Assembly (NCBI GenBank): GCA_030390025.1
Contig: CM059432.1
Location: 138,076,001 to 138,140,000 of the forward strand
Direction: 5' to 3'
From: Squalus acanthias
Taxonomy: Eukaryota
Length of the DNA stretch: 64,000 nucleotides
A program made the translations under genes and the position numbers. Positions 27,113 to 39,003 of the stretch are shown here, piece after piece (the first letter of the stretch is position 1; every line of letters starts with the position of its first letter). The notes below the pieces were generated by a model that searched no databases, had not been told where the DNA came from, and was given only the letters and a program-made list of their open reading frames with translations.

Positions 27113-27513
27113 TAAGAAAGACTTACATTTCTATAGTGAATTTCACGACCTCAGGACGTCCCAAAGCGCTTTACAGCCAATGAAGTGTAGTCACCGTTGT
27201 AATGTAGGGAAACGCGGCAGCCAATTTGGGCACAGCAAGCTCCCACAGACAGTAATGTGATAATGGCCAGATAATCTGTTTTTTAGTGAGGGATAAATAT
27301 TAGCCAGGACACCAGGGAGAACTCCCCCGCTCTTCTTCGAATAGTGCTGTGGAATCTTATACGTCCACCTGAGAGAGCAGACGGGGCCACAGTTTAATGT
27401 CTCATCCTCAGTACTGCGCTGGGAGTGTCGGCCTGGATTATGTGCTCAAGTCTCTGGAGTGGGACTCGAACCCACAACCTTCTGACTCAGAGACACTGAG
27501 CCACAGCTGACAC
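27113..27513 (-). mobile_element. DeuSINE
   Basis: Reverse-complement homology. Confidence 0.78.
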
Positions 27514-27749
27514 ATACATGTGTTAACATCAACCAGTGCGATTTAACTCCTTTTGTTTCTTACAGTTTTGGCTCGAGATACGTTTATGGCAATCAGCCTT
27601 CATGGATAAAATAGAATAAAGATTTGTTGCAAAAAAACCTGGCCAGAGAAACGGTAAATTTTCCTTCCATTTATATGTTAAAAGAAAGTTTGTATTAATC
27701 TCTGAGCATAGGAGGTACATATTAGAAATATATCCTATAATGCTTTCCT

Positions 27750-29420
27750 TGATTAATCTTCCTTGGAAAATAAGTATTTAAATGGGGTAGAGGAGCAAAG
27801 GAATCTGGGGTTACAGATACACAGATCACTAAAAGTGGCAACGCAGAATAATGACATAAAAAAAGGTAAACTAAGCCCTGGGGTTTGACGTAAGAAAACT
27901 ACTAGGCACTTGGTCTGAGTATTAAACAAGGCTTTAATCAACTGTTTTTCAACTTGGAGGTCTAGTTGTGTCCTTCACTAGTTCCTGTTAAAGAATGTCC
28001 TGAGCAAGCTGGGCCCATGCCCGAGTATTTATACTGTACCTGGACAGCGCCACCTGCAGGCCGCCCAGTATTATTTCATAAGTCATTTCCACATGAATGA
28101 CAAGATTCATGTCAGGGTTTATTTCCAGAGGGATAGAATTGAAAACAAGAGAAGTTAGCCCTGAAATTGCAGTCGGAGGCGTACCTCCGGACCACGCCTC
28201 TGACCCGCGAAACAATTACGAAAGTGACTCCTGGCGCTCAGGCGGCGAAGAGTTGCGGTCTCGGGCCTCGAGGCGGAGGGCAGCGTAATGGCCCAGGGAT
28301 CCCAGGGACACAGGCGGTTCGGGAGTGTACCTGGGATCACGTGCGTCCGGTCCTCCAATCAATAAGCGGAATTCCATTTCAGTCATTTACGAAGGGAATC
28401 CCCTAATGATATGCAAAGGAATCCCGAAATCTAATAATGAAACAATTTACAAAAAATGGAATTTTATTCATAAGTACCTTTCATTGCACCAACCTCAATA
28501 AAAATTAAATTTTTTGATAATTTTATACATCATTGAAAGTGTATACCGGGACAATATTTGCATAAACTCATTGTATGTGCATAATTTTGGATATGAAAAT
28601 GTTTAATTTAAGTCTTAGATATCCCCTTACGCTGATCCAAACAGGCCCGAAGCCTGCTTGCATCAACCGTAAGACTTACGGGGGCAATTGCTGGCCAGTC
28701 GCTGGGCAAATAGCCCAACTCCGCGCCAGCGATTGCTTTTTCACGGCCCCCGCGGATGCATACGTTGACAGGCCGCAAGTTCCGGATTTCGCGCATGTGC
28801 TTAAAGGGAATGCACAAGACACAGACACCACAATTTCGGAACCAATATGTTAAAACTTGTATAGAACATTGGTTAGCCCACAGTATTGTGCACAGTTCTG
28901 GTCTCCATGTTACAAAAAGGATATAGAAGCACCGGAGAAGGTGCAAAAAGGATTTACTAGAACGATACCAGAACTGAGAGGTTATATCTATCAGCAAAGA
29001 TTGAACAGGCTGAGGTTCTTGTCTCTCGAAAAGAGAAGACTGAGGGGTGACCTGATAGAGGTCTTTAAGATTATGAAGGGGACTGATAGGGTAGACGTAG
29101 AGAGGATGTTTCCACTTGTGGGGGAGAGCAGAACTAGGGGCCATAAATATAAGACAGTCACTAATAAACCCAATAAGGAATTCTGGAGAAATCTTTTTAC
29201 CCAGAGTGTGGTTAGAATGTGGAACTCGCTACCACAAAGAGTGGTTGAGGCGAATAGCATAGATGCATTTAAGGGGAGGCTAGATAAACACATGAGGGAG
29301 AAAGGAATAGAGGGATATGCTGATAGGGTGAGATGAAGTAGGGTGGGAGGAGGCTCGTGTGGAGAATGGACCAGTTGGGCCGAATGGCCTGTTTCTGTGC
29401 TGTACATTCAATGCAATTCT
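27750..29420 (+). mobile_element. CR1 LINE 3' fragment with inserts
   Basis: YCAQFWSPCYKKD..LEKRRLRGDLIEVFKI..TRGHKYK. Confidence 0.8.
28158..28844. mobile_element. Harbinger-like non-autonomous element in CR1
   Basis: Interrupts CR1 gaagtta|tatgttaaaac; imperfect TIR ctgaaattg/caatttcgg. Confidence 0.55.
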
Positions 29421-29782
29421 ATTATGTGTTGTAGAGCCAAGACTGAGGCTTAGTTGCGATAGTCCTCCAGTAAATGTTCCTTTGCTATCGTTGACTCTGT
29501 TTTAACAGCAAATCTACAGTTCCCCATTTCCACGAGCTGGATGTTATTATGAGCCGTAATATCAATATTACGGTCTCGTCTGCAATGTGCACTTCCAAAA
29601 AAAAATAAAAGCATTGACTATCACATTTGTCAAACACTGTGATAAAAATGAGCATTTTATACCTTTACGTCAATTTTTATCTCGGCAGCGTTTTGAAAGA
29701 TGCCTGCAGAAAGTAACAACTGAGTGGAATGTTTTTCTTCCATTTCATGCAAATCTTTCACTCTTTCTAATTTGGAAACATA

Positions 29783-30543
29783 GGGGGAGAAATTCATTAT
29801 CGCCCTGTTTTGGGGGCGGTAACCTTTGAAAGCTTGGAAACTTAGCGCCAGGCACTAATGATTCCCAGCTTTCACGAAGTTGGGTTTAGCGCTCCAGGAA
29901 GGAAGTGAAGCACTAATCAAGCGCTCCACTTCCTTCCTGGAGCGCTAAGGGAGGCAGGCGGGGCGGTAGTGGTGCAGCGCTGCGCAATGTCCCGGGCAGC
30001 GCTGCCGAGATCCGAGGCTCCTTCCCTCCCTTAAAGGGAAGGGCCATCGCTGCAGGCTCTGCATTGGGACCAGTCAGCTGGTCCCCGACGGCAGCCGCGA
30101 TCTGGCCCGATCAGCCCCATGCACTCCAGCAGAGCGCCGGGCTGATCGATCGCGGCCCAGGGGAAGCCAAAAAAATTGAGCAAAACCATTAAAAAAAATA
30201 TAGGGACTTACCTCGGCAACCTCCCCTTTAACTTTCGCCCCCGAAGCGCCCGGCCTCCCGATCAGCGCCTCTTGCAGCTGTCGGTGTTTTCGCCCAGCGC
30301 TGCTGCAGGGGGCGGTACCGAAGTTCGGGTCCGGGGCGCTACCGGGGCGGTGCGCACGGCGATGACGTCACGATCCCCGGGCGAAGGAGATCGGGGCGCA
30401 ACGCCACACCGCCGCCGCAAACCTCCCGCCGAATTTAGCAGGAGGCGATATTGTCGCCGCGCCCGGGCGGTAAGTGGTTAGCGCCCCGTTATCGCCCCCT
30501 GCAGGTGATAACGGGAGGCGCAAAGGTACCCAATTTCTCCCCC
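29783..30543. mobile_element. PIF/Harbinger-like GC-rich MITE family B (inverse of 6415-7127)
   Basis: TIR GGGGGAGAAATT/AATTTCTCCCCC, TSD ATA. Confidence 0.85.
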
Positions 30544-30699
30544 ATAAATTTTAACCACTGTATTCATGCTGAATTTGTAAAAATTGGACAAAGAAAGCTT
30601 TTTTCTCACGGAGCTTAGCAGATTTCCACACGATCTCTGTGTGACATTGCAGCTATGCATGTGGTAATGTCTATAACTCTGACTTGTATTTTAAGTAGA

Positions 30700-31086
30700 A
30701 AAAGCTGGAAACACTCAGCAGGTCAGGCAGCATCTGTGGAAAGAGAAACAGAGTCAACGTTTCAGGTCGTTTCGAGTGTTTCTAGCGTTTTCTGTTTTTA
30801 TTTCAGATTTCCAGCATTATTTTGCTTTAGTATTCGCGGTGAATTCACTGCCACTTCTCTTCCAGGAATGCCCACCTTGAAGAAGTTCTGCTCTTCTGTC
30901 TGACGGGATTTCCATTAGTCTCTTTTACCTTGTTCGCCTTCGTTGCTTTCTGTTTCCCTTTGCGCTTTTGATCAGGTATCTACTGAGTTCTGACGAAAGG
31001 TCACCAACCTGAAACGTTGACTCTGTTTCTCCCTCCACAGATGCTGCCTGACCTGCTGAGGGTTTCCAGCATTTTCTGCTTTTATT
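30700..31086. mobile_element. Rearranged inverted Penelope-like (H2) fragments
   Basis: Minus-strand copy at about 30700-30768 and plus-strand copy at about 30985-31086 of the same terminal sequence. Confidence 0.6.
30985..31023 (+). ncRNA. Minimal type I hammerhead ribozyme motif (family H2)
   Basis: gagtt-CTGACGA-a-aggt-cacca-acct-GAAA-CG-TT-gactc. Confidence 0.7.
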
Positions 31087-31310
31087 ACTTTTATTTAAGT
31101 ATTGGTGGCACTTTAACTATTTTTTTAACTGTGTGGTTATGTTTTTCTTACATACCCCTTGATTCCCTTAGTATCCAAAAATCGATCGATCTCTCATTCT
31201 TCTAAACTCTAGGGAATTTAGGCTTACATCTTTTGGAATTGTCTATGCCAGAGGGATGTGGATGGTCAGTCGCTGTGTATATTCAAGACTGAGATTGATA
31301 GATGGTTACA

Positions 31311-31417
31311 GGGTAGATTTTTAACTTACCACCCAGGCGTAAAACTAGTGATGTAAATCAGCGGCCCGTTTCAGAGACCACCCGATTTTTATTACAGGTA
31401 AAGTAGAAAATCTACCC
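31311..31417. mobile_element. Short MITE
   Basis: TIR GGGTAGATTTT/AAAATCTACCC; TSD unclear. Confidence 0.55.
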
Positions 31418-31462
31418 CTTAGTGTCAGCACGCTATTCAGTAACCAATTCGACCCTGCCCTC

Positions 31463-31840
31463 GACAACAACTTGTATTTATAGAGCGTCTTTAACGTAGT
31501 AAAACATCCCAAGGCGCTTCACAGGAGCGTTATCAGACAAAATTTGTCACCGGGCCACGTAAGGAGATCTTGGGACAGGTGACCAAAAGCTTGGTCAAAG
31601 AGGTGAGTTTTAAGGAACGTCTCAAAGGATAGAGGTAGAGAGACGGAGAGGTTTAGGGAGGGAATTCCAGAGCTGAGGGCCTGGACAGCTGCAGGTACGG
31701 CCACCAATGGGGATGCGCAAGAGGCCAGAATTGAAGGAGCGCAGAGATCACAGAGGGTTGTAGGGCTGGAGGAGGTTACAGAGGTCGGGAGGGGCGAGGC
31801 CAGGGAGGGATTTGAAATCAAGAATGAGAATTTTAAAAAT
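31463..31840 (-). mobile_element. L2 3' fragment
   Basis: (CAA)n tail and body homology. Confidence 0.8.
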
Positions 31841-32035
31841 CTCTTACACACGTATACTTTTTCAGCAGAGATTCATTGGACAGACATTTAGGAGTGGGAA
31901 CTATCGCTGATTTCTTCTCTCTAGCCCAGGGCACCAAGTTCCCCCACTGCCTTGGCTGAGATTGGTCAACTCAGCACAGACTATATCTGAGCCTCCCCTA
32001 GTCTGAATGGGCCAGTACCACATCATGCAAAAAGA

Positions 32036-32485
32036 AATAAAGAACTTGCATTTATATACGACCTTTCAAAACCTCAGGACGCCCCAAAGCACTTCACAGC
32101 CAATGAAGTACTTTTGAAGTGTAGTCACTGCTGTAATGTAGGGAACGCAGCAGCCAATTTGCGCACAGCAAGCTCCCACAAACAGCAATGTGATAATGAC
32201 CAGATTATCTGTTTTAGTGATGTTGATTGAGGGATAAATATTGGCCAGGACACCAGGGGAGAACTCCCTTGCTCTCCTTGAAATAGTGCCATGGGATCTT
32301 TTTTTCATCCACCTGAGAGGGTAGACTCAGGTTAATGTTTCATCCGAAAGACAGCACCTCTGACTGTGCAGCACTCCCTCAGCACTGCACTGGAGTGTCT
32401 GCCTAGATGTTGAGCTCAAGTCTCTGGAGTGGGGCTTGAACCCATGATCTGGTGACCCAGAGACAAGAATGCTACCCACTGAGGC
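32036..32485 (-). mobile_element. DeuSINE
   Basis: Reverse-complement homology. Confidence 0.78.
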
Positions 32486-32827
32486 ATTTATTATGTAGAG
32501 CTCAGACCCGAATTATTTAATATAACATTTCGGATCGTGACCCCTTTCATTGTGTCGTCCCATAAACAATCTCTAATTATTGTGGGGGTCTATTGTGGTG
32601 CAGAATTGAACCTGCTGCCCTTAAATGCTTAAACCTCTTCTTATTTTCAAGTGAATGGCTTGTTACATCCTTTAGGAAATTACTTGCTAATGATTTTATG
32701 GTCAAGGGGTGTATGGAAAAGCCTCTTCTGTTTATTGCCAAATCCTGATCGGTGTTGACCGGGATCGAGGCACTTAACGTTAAAGAACGAGGCTTTCTGG
32801 CTACAAGAAACCAGTTCAGTTCAATTA

Positions 32828-33030
32828 GGACAAAAAGAAAATACTGCAGATGCTGGAAATCTGAAATAAAAACAGAAAAATGCTGGCGATACGCAGCAGG
32901 TCAGGCAGCATCTGTGAAGAGAGAGAAACAGAGTCAACGTTTCAGGTCGATGACCTTTCGTCAGAACTGGAAAGAAAGCAGGAAATGGATCAGATTTTTA
33001 AGCAAGTGTAGGGGCTGGGAAAGGGGGGAG
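32828..33030 (-). mobile_element. Penelope-like terminal fragment (H2)
   Basis: Same sequence as 48997-49190 (aaatactgcagatgctggaaatctgaaataaaaacag...), including the hammerhead. Confidence 0.7.
32932..32968 (-). ncRNA. Minimal type I hammerhead ribozyme motif (family H2)
   Basis: Reverse complement reads agtt-CTGACGA-a-aggtc-atc-gacct-GAAA-CG-TT-gact. Confidence 0.75.
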
Positions 33031-33889
33031 TTTTCAGCCGAAAGGCTTTAGTTTACCTGCCGAGGGCAGAGGGGACAATCGAGTCGAGTACGCCGATGCT
33101 TATGGAGGTGATGCTGACTCGAGCCAAAAGAGCCTGCTGAGCTGCACTGTCCCATTAGTCTAGAGGACGGCTCAAACGATAATTTATTTCCCAGCCAACT
33201 CAATTTTAGTGTCTTGTGAAATGGTTTCACGTGCCTCTTGGAGTTAGCTGGTTGAGTTGAGGGAGGTGGGAGGAGGAAGTGAGAGGGAACGGGAAGCTAT
33301 AAAGACCTCGCTGAACAGTTGGAAACCATGAACAAAAAGAGCCTGACATATTTTCTCAGATGCCAGCTCTTTCCATGTGTATAATATTAAATCCAATACA
33401 AGACGCGCACATGAGAACGGGTTACGTAAATAGTGCTAATGCTGCCAGCTTTGTCGTTTGCTTTTTTGTACGTTTTGAACTCAGTGATCATGTTGCACAT
33501 TTCAGCACCATAAATAAAAGGGCTACATTTCCATGTGGAATCACTTAGTGGCCACAGGATTTGAGCATGGCTTCTATTTTGTTCTGGAAGATTTCCAGAT
33601 TGGTTATTTATGTTGTAACCTTGTGATCGTGTGGACTTCACGTATCATGCAGGGTAGTCTTCAAGTGATATCATTGTTTTAGGTAACTTGTAACCTGTAC
33701 AGATGATGTAATATCCCAATGCTCTTTCAAGGAATTTGTATTTTTTTTTAAAAAAAGAACCAAACTTGAACTGTTTTTCAGGGAAAGTAATGAACTGGTG
33801 CTAAATCTTTCTGGTATATTCTGCTATATACATGTGTCATGGTAAGAATGTTATTTTTAATTTGCTATTGATCTAAAGAAAGAGAGAAA

Positions 33890-34202
33890 AACTCGCATTT
33901 ATATAGCGCCTTTCACGACCTCAGGACGTCCCAAGGCGCTTTACAGCCAATTAAGTAATTTTGAAGTGTCGTCACTGTTGTAATGTAGGAACTGCGGCAG
34001 CTATTTTGCGCACAGCAAGCTCCCACAAACGGTAATGTGATAGTGGCCAGATACATTTTTTTTTAGTAATGTTGTTTGAGGGATAAATATTCGCCCAGGA
34101 CACCAGGGAGAACTCACCTGCTCCTTTTTGAAATAGCGCCATGGGATCTTTCACGCCCACCTGAGAGGGCAGGCGGGGCCTCGGTTTAACGTCTCCTCCG
34201 AA
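33890..34202 (-). mobile_element. DeuSINE
   Basis: Reverse-complement homology. Confidence 0.78.
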
Positions 34203-35029
34203 GCTGTTATTTCAAACTAGCCTAATAAACCAGCAGTTTGTGAACTGCATGGTTGGCTTTGGGGATTATACCCTCTAACTCGCAGCATTGCAAATATTCC
34301 TTTCCTTTCCCTGACTGGAATTCTCTCTTTGCTCTAGAATGAATAAGGGGTTAAGTTCCTTTAATGAAAGACAGCAAGGCAGCCAATGTAGTGTGGCAAA
34401 GGCAGAAAGCAGTAGATCGTTACCGTGATTCGGAACAAGCTCAACAAAACCAGGGGGACTTAACTCTGGGCAAAGAGCCGGGGGGAGTGGGACTAATTGG
34501 ATCGCTCTTTCACTGACACGATGGGCCAAATGGCCTCCTTCGGTGCCGTATGATTCTATGATCTAAGACTACTGGAGGGAAATAGTTTTTATTTGAAAGT
34601 GTTAATAATCGAGATAGAGCACTCGCAGAGACTTTGATGCCTCTGCAAACGAGAAGTTGAGCATCTTCGCTGTGGTCATTAAAAACAGACCCGAAAAAGC
34701 AACTTTATTTAGTTCTGTTTCTCCTCTTAGTGCACTGAACTGCAGATTGGCATTTTTTGAACCAGAAGACAAGGGTCGTGCTATTTTTTTTTGCAGTGCA
34801 GCACCACTGAGAGCCCTGTTCAAGTTGCCAGAACCCGGCGCTCAAAAGAAAACAGGAGGCTTGCGTGAGTAAGAGTGTTCAAGTACAACTCATTCCTGTG
34901 ACGATGTGATGGTAATAATGCAAGCGAGAGGTTTGATTTTGTCGATGTTAGCTGTTCACGGTTACTTTTTATTACTTTCAGTTACTTAACTGTTGCAGCT
35001 GTCGCAATGCTGGTTGCTTCTGGCCCGTG

Positions 35030-35258
35030 GGAGTGAGAGAGGGAGAGGAGTGGGGGGGGGGCGCGGCGGGTGGAGGGACACTAATAGGCACAATGACTCG
35101 TTGAAAGCAGTATATAAAGCTTGCATTCTGAAGATGCCCATTGATGGATGCATGGTTCTGTGAAGGCAGCAGGAGAGCAGGACGTTGTAAGAGGAGATCA
35201 GTGTGTCGTAGACAGAGCTGTGCAAAAAAACAGCAGGAAAGTTCCACGTCCAGTATGT
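35030..35258 (+). promoter_or_regulatory. Candidate ZNF516 alternative promoter and non-coding first exon
   Basis: G-rich tract, TATATAAA at 35111-35118, donor-like GTATGT at 35253; unique sequence about 3.6 kb upstream of the coding-exon acceptor. Confidence 0.3.
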
Positions 35259-35467
35259 AGAGTATTAATTACAATTCTGCACGCGTTATCCTGACTTAGC
35301 AGCATAGAAGCTGTTTATGGGAGATTGTGATGATCTGTGGCTCTGTTCTGTGCACTAAAGTTGCAGACAGCATCCAAACTTAACATGGTAATGTCTCATG
35401 CTTGCTTGCACTGTTTGCTGTGTAGCTTCTGCCTTGTCAGCAAATAATATTATCGAATCGCAGCAAT

Positions 35468-35955
35468 AAACAACAACAACTTGCATTTATATAGCGCCTT
35501 TAACGTAGTATAACGTCCCAAGGCGCTTCACAGGAGCGTTATAGAACAAAAATTGACACCGAGCCACATAAGCAGACATTAGGGCAGGAAGTAGGTTTTA
35601 AGGAGCATCTTAAAGGAGGAGAGAGTGGTTTAGGGAGTGAATTCCAGAGCTTAGGGCCTAGGCAGCTGAAGGCACGGCTGCCAATAGTGGAGCGATGAAA
35701 ATCGGGGATGCGCAAGAGGCCAGAATTGGAGGAGCGCAGAGATCTCGGAGGGTTGTAGAGCTGGAGGGGATTACAGAGCTAGGGAGGGACTTGGCCATGC
35801 AGGAATTTGAAACCAAGGTTGAGAATTTTAAAATCGAGGCGTAGCCGGACCAGAAGCCAATGTAGGTCAGCGAGCACAGGGGGTGATGGGTGAGCGGGAC
35901 TTGATGCGAGTCAAGATACGGGCAGCAGAGTTTTGGATGAGCTCAAGTTTACAGT
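35468..35955 (-). mobile_element. L2 3' fragment
   Basis: (CAA)n tail and body homology. Confidence 0.8.
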
Positions 35956-36274
35956 GGAAATAAAAGTTATAACCGAGAAGGTTCAGATGCATATCTTGAA
36001 CTTACAATCTGATAAAGAGCAAGATACTAGCTTGTTAGAAGAGACCAGGAGCACAGCGAGGAACCCAAAGATCTAGGAGGACCATGTCTACAACACAAGA
36101 TATTCAAAGCATCGTCCCAGATCAGGCAGCTCCTCCCTATCTTAATGTCCACAGATTTTGGCAACTGTTACTACATGAGTACCAGATGTACGTATAATTG
36201 AGCTACCAATGGAATATTTTTCAATGGCAGTTTAAAAATGCTATAAAGAGCATGGCCAATCCAGTTCTGAATTA

Positions 36275-36590
36275 TTTTTAAAAATTCATTCACAGGATGT
36301 GGGCGTCGCTGGCAATTTATTGCCCATCCCTAATTGCCCTTGAGAAGGTGGTGGTGAGCCGCCTTCTTGGACCGCTACAGTGCGTGAGGTGTAGGTACTC
36401 CCACAGTGTTGTTAGGGAGGGAGTTCCAGGATTTTGACCCAGCGATAATGAATGAACGGCGATATATTTCCAAGTCAGGATGGTGTGTGACTTGGAGGGG
36501 AACTTGGAGGTGGTGGTCTTCCCATGCGCCTGCTGCCCTTGACCTTCCAGGTGGTAGAGGTCGCGGTTTTGGCAGGTGCTGTCGAAGAAA
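36275..36590 (-). mobile_element. Second LINE family 3' fragment
   Basis: Reverse complement of 25360-25670. Confidence 0.8.
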
Positions 36591-37975
36591 CATCTGGAGA
36601 AGGTCCAAAGGTGACAGTTAATCCTGCGGAGTTTTTCCTCTAACCCACCGTCCATAATCCTCAGAGATCTCCCTGGCGCACAGCAGTGTTGTTACTGTAA
36701 CCAGAAAGCGTTGCCCATCCCAAGGGAAGAAGGAAGCACCACAGCCCAATCGCCTAACAATTACATTTTGGATTGAGCAGTTAAATTTTGCGATTAATGA
36801 TCATGTTAATTCTGAGAGGCTGATTCCCCTGGCTGGCGAGTCTAGAACTAGGGGTCACAGTCTCAGGATAAGGGGTCGGCCATTTAGGACTGAGAGTAGG
36901 AGAAACTTCTTCACTTAGAGGGTTGTGAATCTTTGAAATTCTCTACCCCAGAGGGCTGTGGAGCTCAGTCGTTGAGTATATTTAAGACTGAGATCAATAG
37001 ATTTTTGGACTCCAAGGGAATCAAGATATGGGGATAGTGTGGGAAAGTAGAGTCGAGGTCAATGATCAGTCATGATCTTATTGAATGGCGGAGCAGGCTC
37101 GAGGGGCCGTATGGCCTACTCCTGCTCCTATTTCTTACCTTATTTAATGCCTTAATTTTGGGGGGGGGGGGGGGGGTGATTTTGTACTTGCCAAATACAG
37201 AACCACTTGTGATGAAGTACAAATCATTCTTAGTGGATCATGAATAATCTCCTGTTCAGTTGGCTTATGCCCCCAGCTGTTTTCCTTGTAAAATGGATCG
37301 TGCACATTAGAGCCTTAAAAAGTGATGATCTTTTATTCAAGTTCTCTGTTGCTGTTGCAGCCGATGACATTTGAAGGCTGAATTTATGACTGCAGGATAT
37401 TCATGGACAGAGAATTATCTGCAGTGCTGTGATTTCCTGAGCTGTGCTGTTGGGGGGTAAGTTTTGGTAGCAGTGGGCGGGCGAGCAATTTTGAAATGGC
37501 CTGCGGGCCTTACTCGCGGCATCGACCCCGCCGCAGGCTGCAATATTAAACTGCTCTTCTGAGCAGGCGAGAGGGAGAGACACCCCGCCGGAAGGCAGCG
37601 GGGTCCTTCTTTAAATATTCAGATCGGGCTTCGATGATGTCATCGGGGCCTGACCGTATTTTAACCTGGAGGCTGGCGCGGGGTAGCCGTTGTGGCTTCA
37701 CCACCAGGCCAACCAGGCAGCAAGAGGAGCCGGGCCAGGAGAGGCCACGAGAGGTCATTGTATTTAATTTTTTTTTTAGCTTCCTTGTGGGCCAGGAGCA
37801 GCTCGATCGAAGGCGGGCCAATTGGAGTTGAGGTACTGATCAGCCATGATCTAATCGAATGGCGGAATAGGCTCGAGGGGCTGAATGGCCTCCTCCTGTT
37901 CCGATGTTCCTGTCACGATGTTCCTGTCAGAACCATCAAACCTTCAAATGACATTTGGAGCGCCGTGTGCTGTGA

Positions 37976-38085
37976 GGGATATTGTGCCATATATTGCGAG
38001 GGATATTGTGATGGATATTATGCGTTGGATATTGTGCAGGATATTATGAGGGATATTTGCCGGATATTGTGCGGGATGTTGTGAG
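37976..38085. repeat. Degenerate minisatellite, about 9 x 12 bp
   Basis: Unit approximately gggatattgtgc. Confidence 0.8.
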
Positions 38086-39003
38086 GGTGGGATGAAGAGG
38101 GGTGGGAGGAGGCTTGTGTGGAGCCGAAACACTGACATGGACCTGTTGGGCTGAATGGCCTGTTTCTGTGCTGTAAATACTTTGTAACTTTGTAATGTGA
38201 TCACATTATGTACTTGTGAATATGTCGCTCGTACTTTTTGTGTGTCTGGGGGGGTATCACATTTTTTTTGTGTTTTCCGCAAACAAGGGACTTCTATTTA
38301 AGCAAGAAAGAATAATTGTAGAATTATTGCAAGGACGCTATTTTCTCATAACAGACAGGGTGATAGTCCAGCTGCTATAATTAACTATTCAGAAGAATGT
38401 ATGGTCTCTCGTTCACTTTGTTTCTCAAGTTGTCTTACTCATTTGCGAGACACCCTTCCCTCCCCCGCCGATGGCACTGACTGCTTGCTGGGTATTGTGC
38501 CTCAGGCTCTGGTATGTCATCTAAGTAGCGACAGCGAGCGTCGGTCGGCTTCCCTGGCTACTGATGGGGCCAAAACAATCCGAGGGCGATCCTGTCCTTC
38601 ATGGCATCCACACACAGGCTCTCTCAGTAGGGAACACTTGATAGTCATCAGCAGGAACCCTGACCCGAGTTTCCCCCTCCGCTAACCATTTCTTGTTCTT
38701 AATTTGTAAGGTTTTATCAAGGTCCGGGTGTTTTTCAAGTAATTCATTATGTGTACCAAACTCTGGTAAGAATTTCCTTTGGGGAAATATTACCTCATCA
38801 CATTTAGCGACGACCACTTAAATCTGTTTCTTCTCTCTCTTTAAATTATAGGTTTTGGCCCGCTCCTTTTGAAGGATATGTTCAACTGACTTGAGGTCCA
38901 GCCAACAAAAAAAAGAAGCAGAACTTTTCAGCAAAGTTTGACAGCTGAACATCGAAGTAGTAATGACGTTTGAAGGGGTTAAAGGGAGTTGGTGATAAGA
39001 CCC

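Noticed and set aside
22345..30543. GC-rich blocks as CpG-island promoters or GC-rich genes
   Set aside because: They are bounded by TIRs and TSDs and repeated in the window, so they are MITEs, and their ORFs are compositional artefacts.
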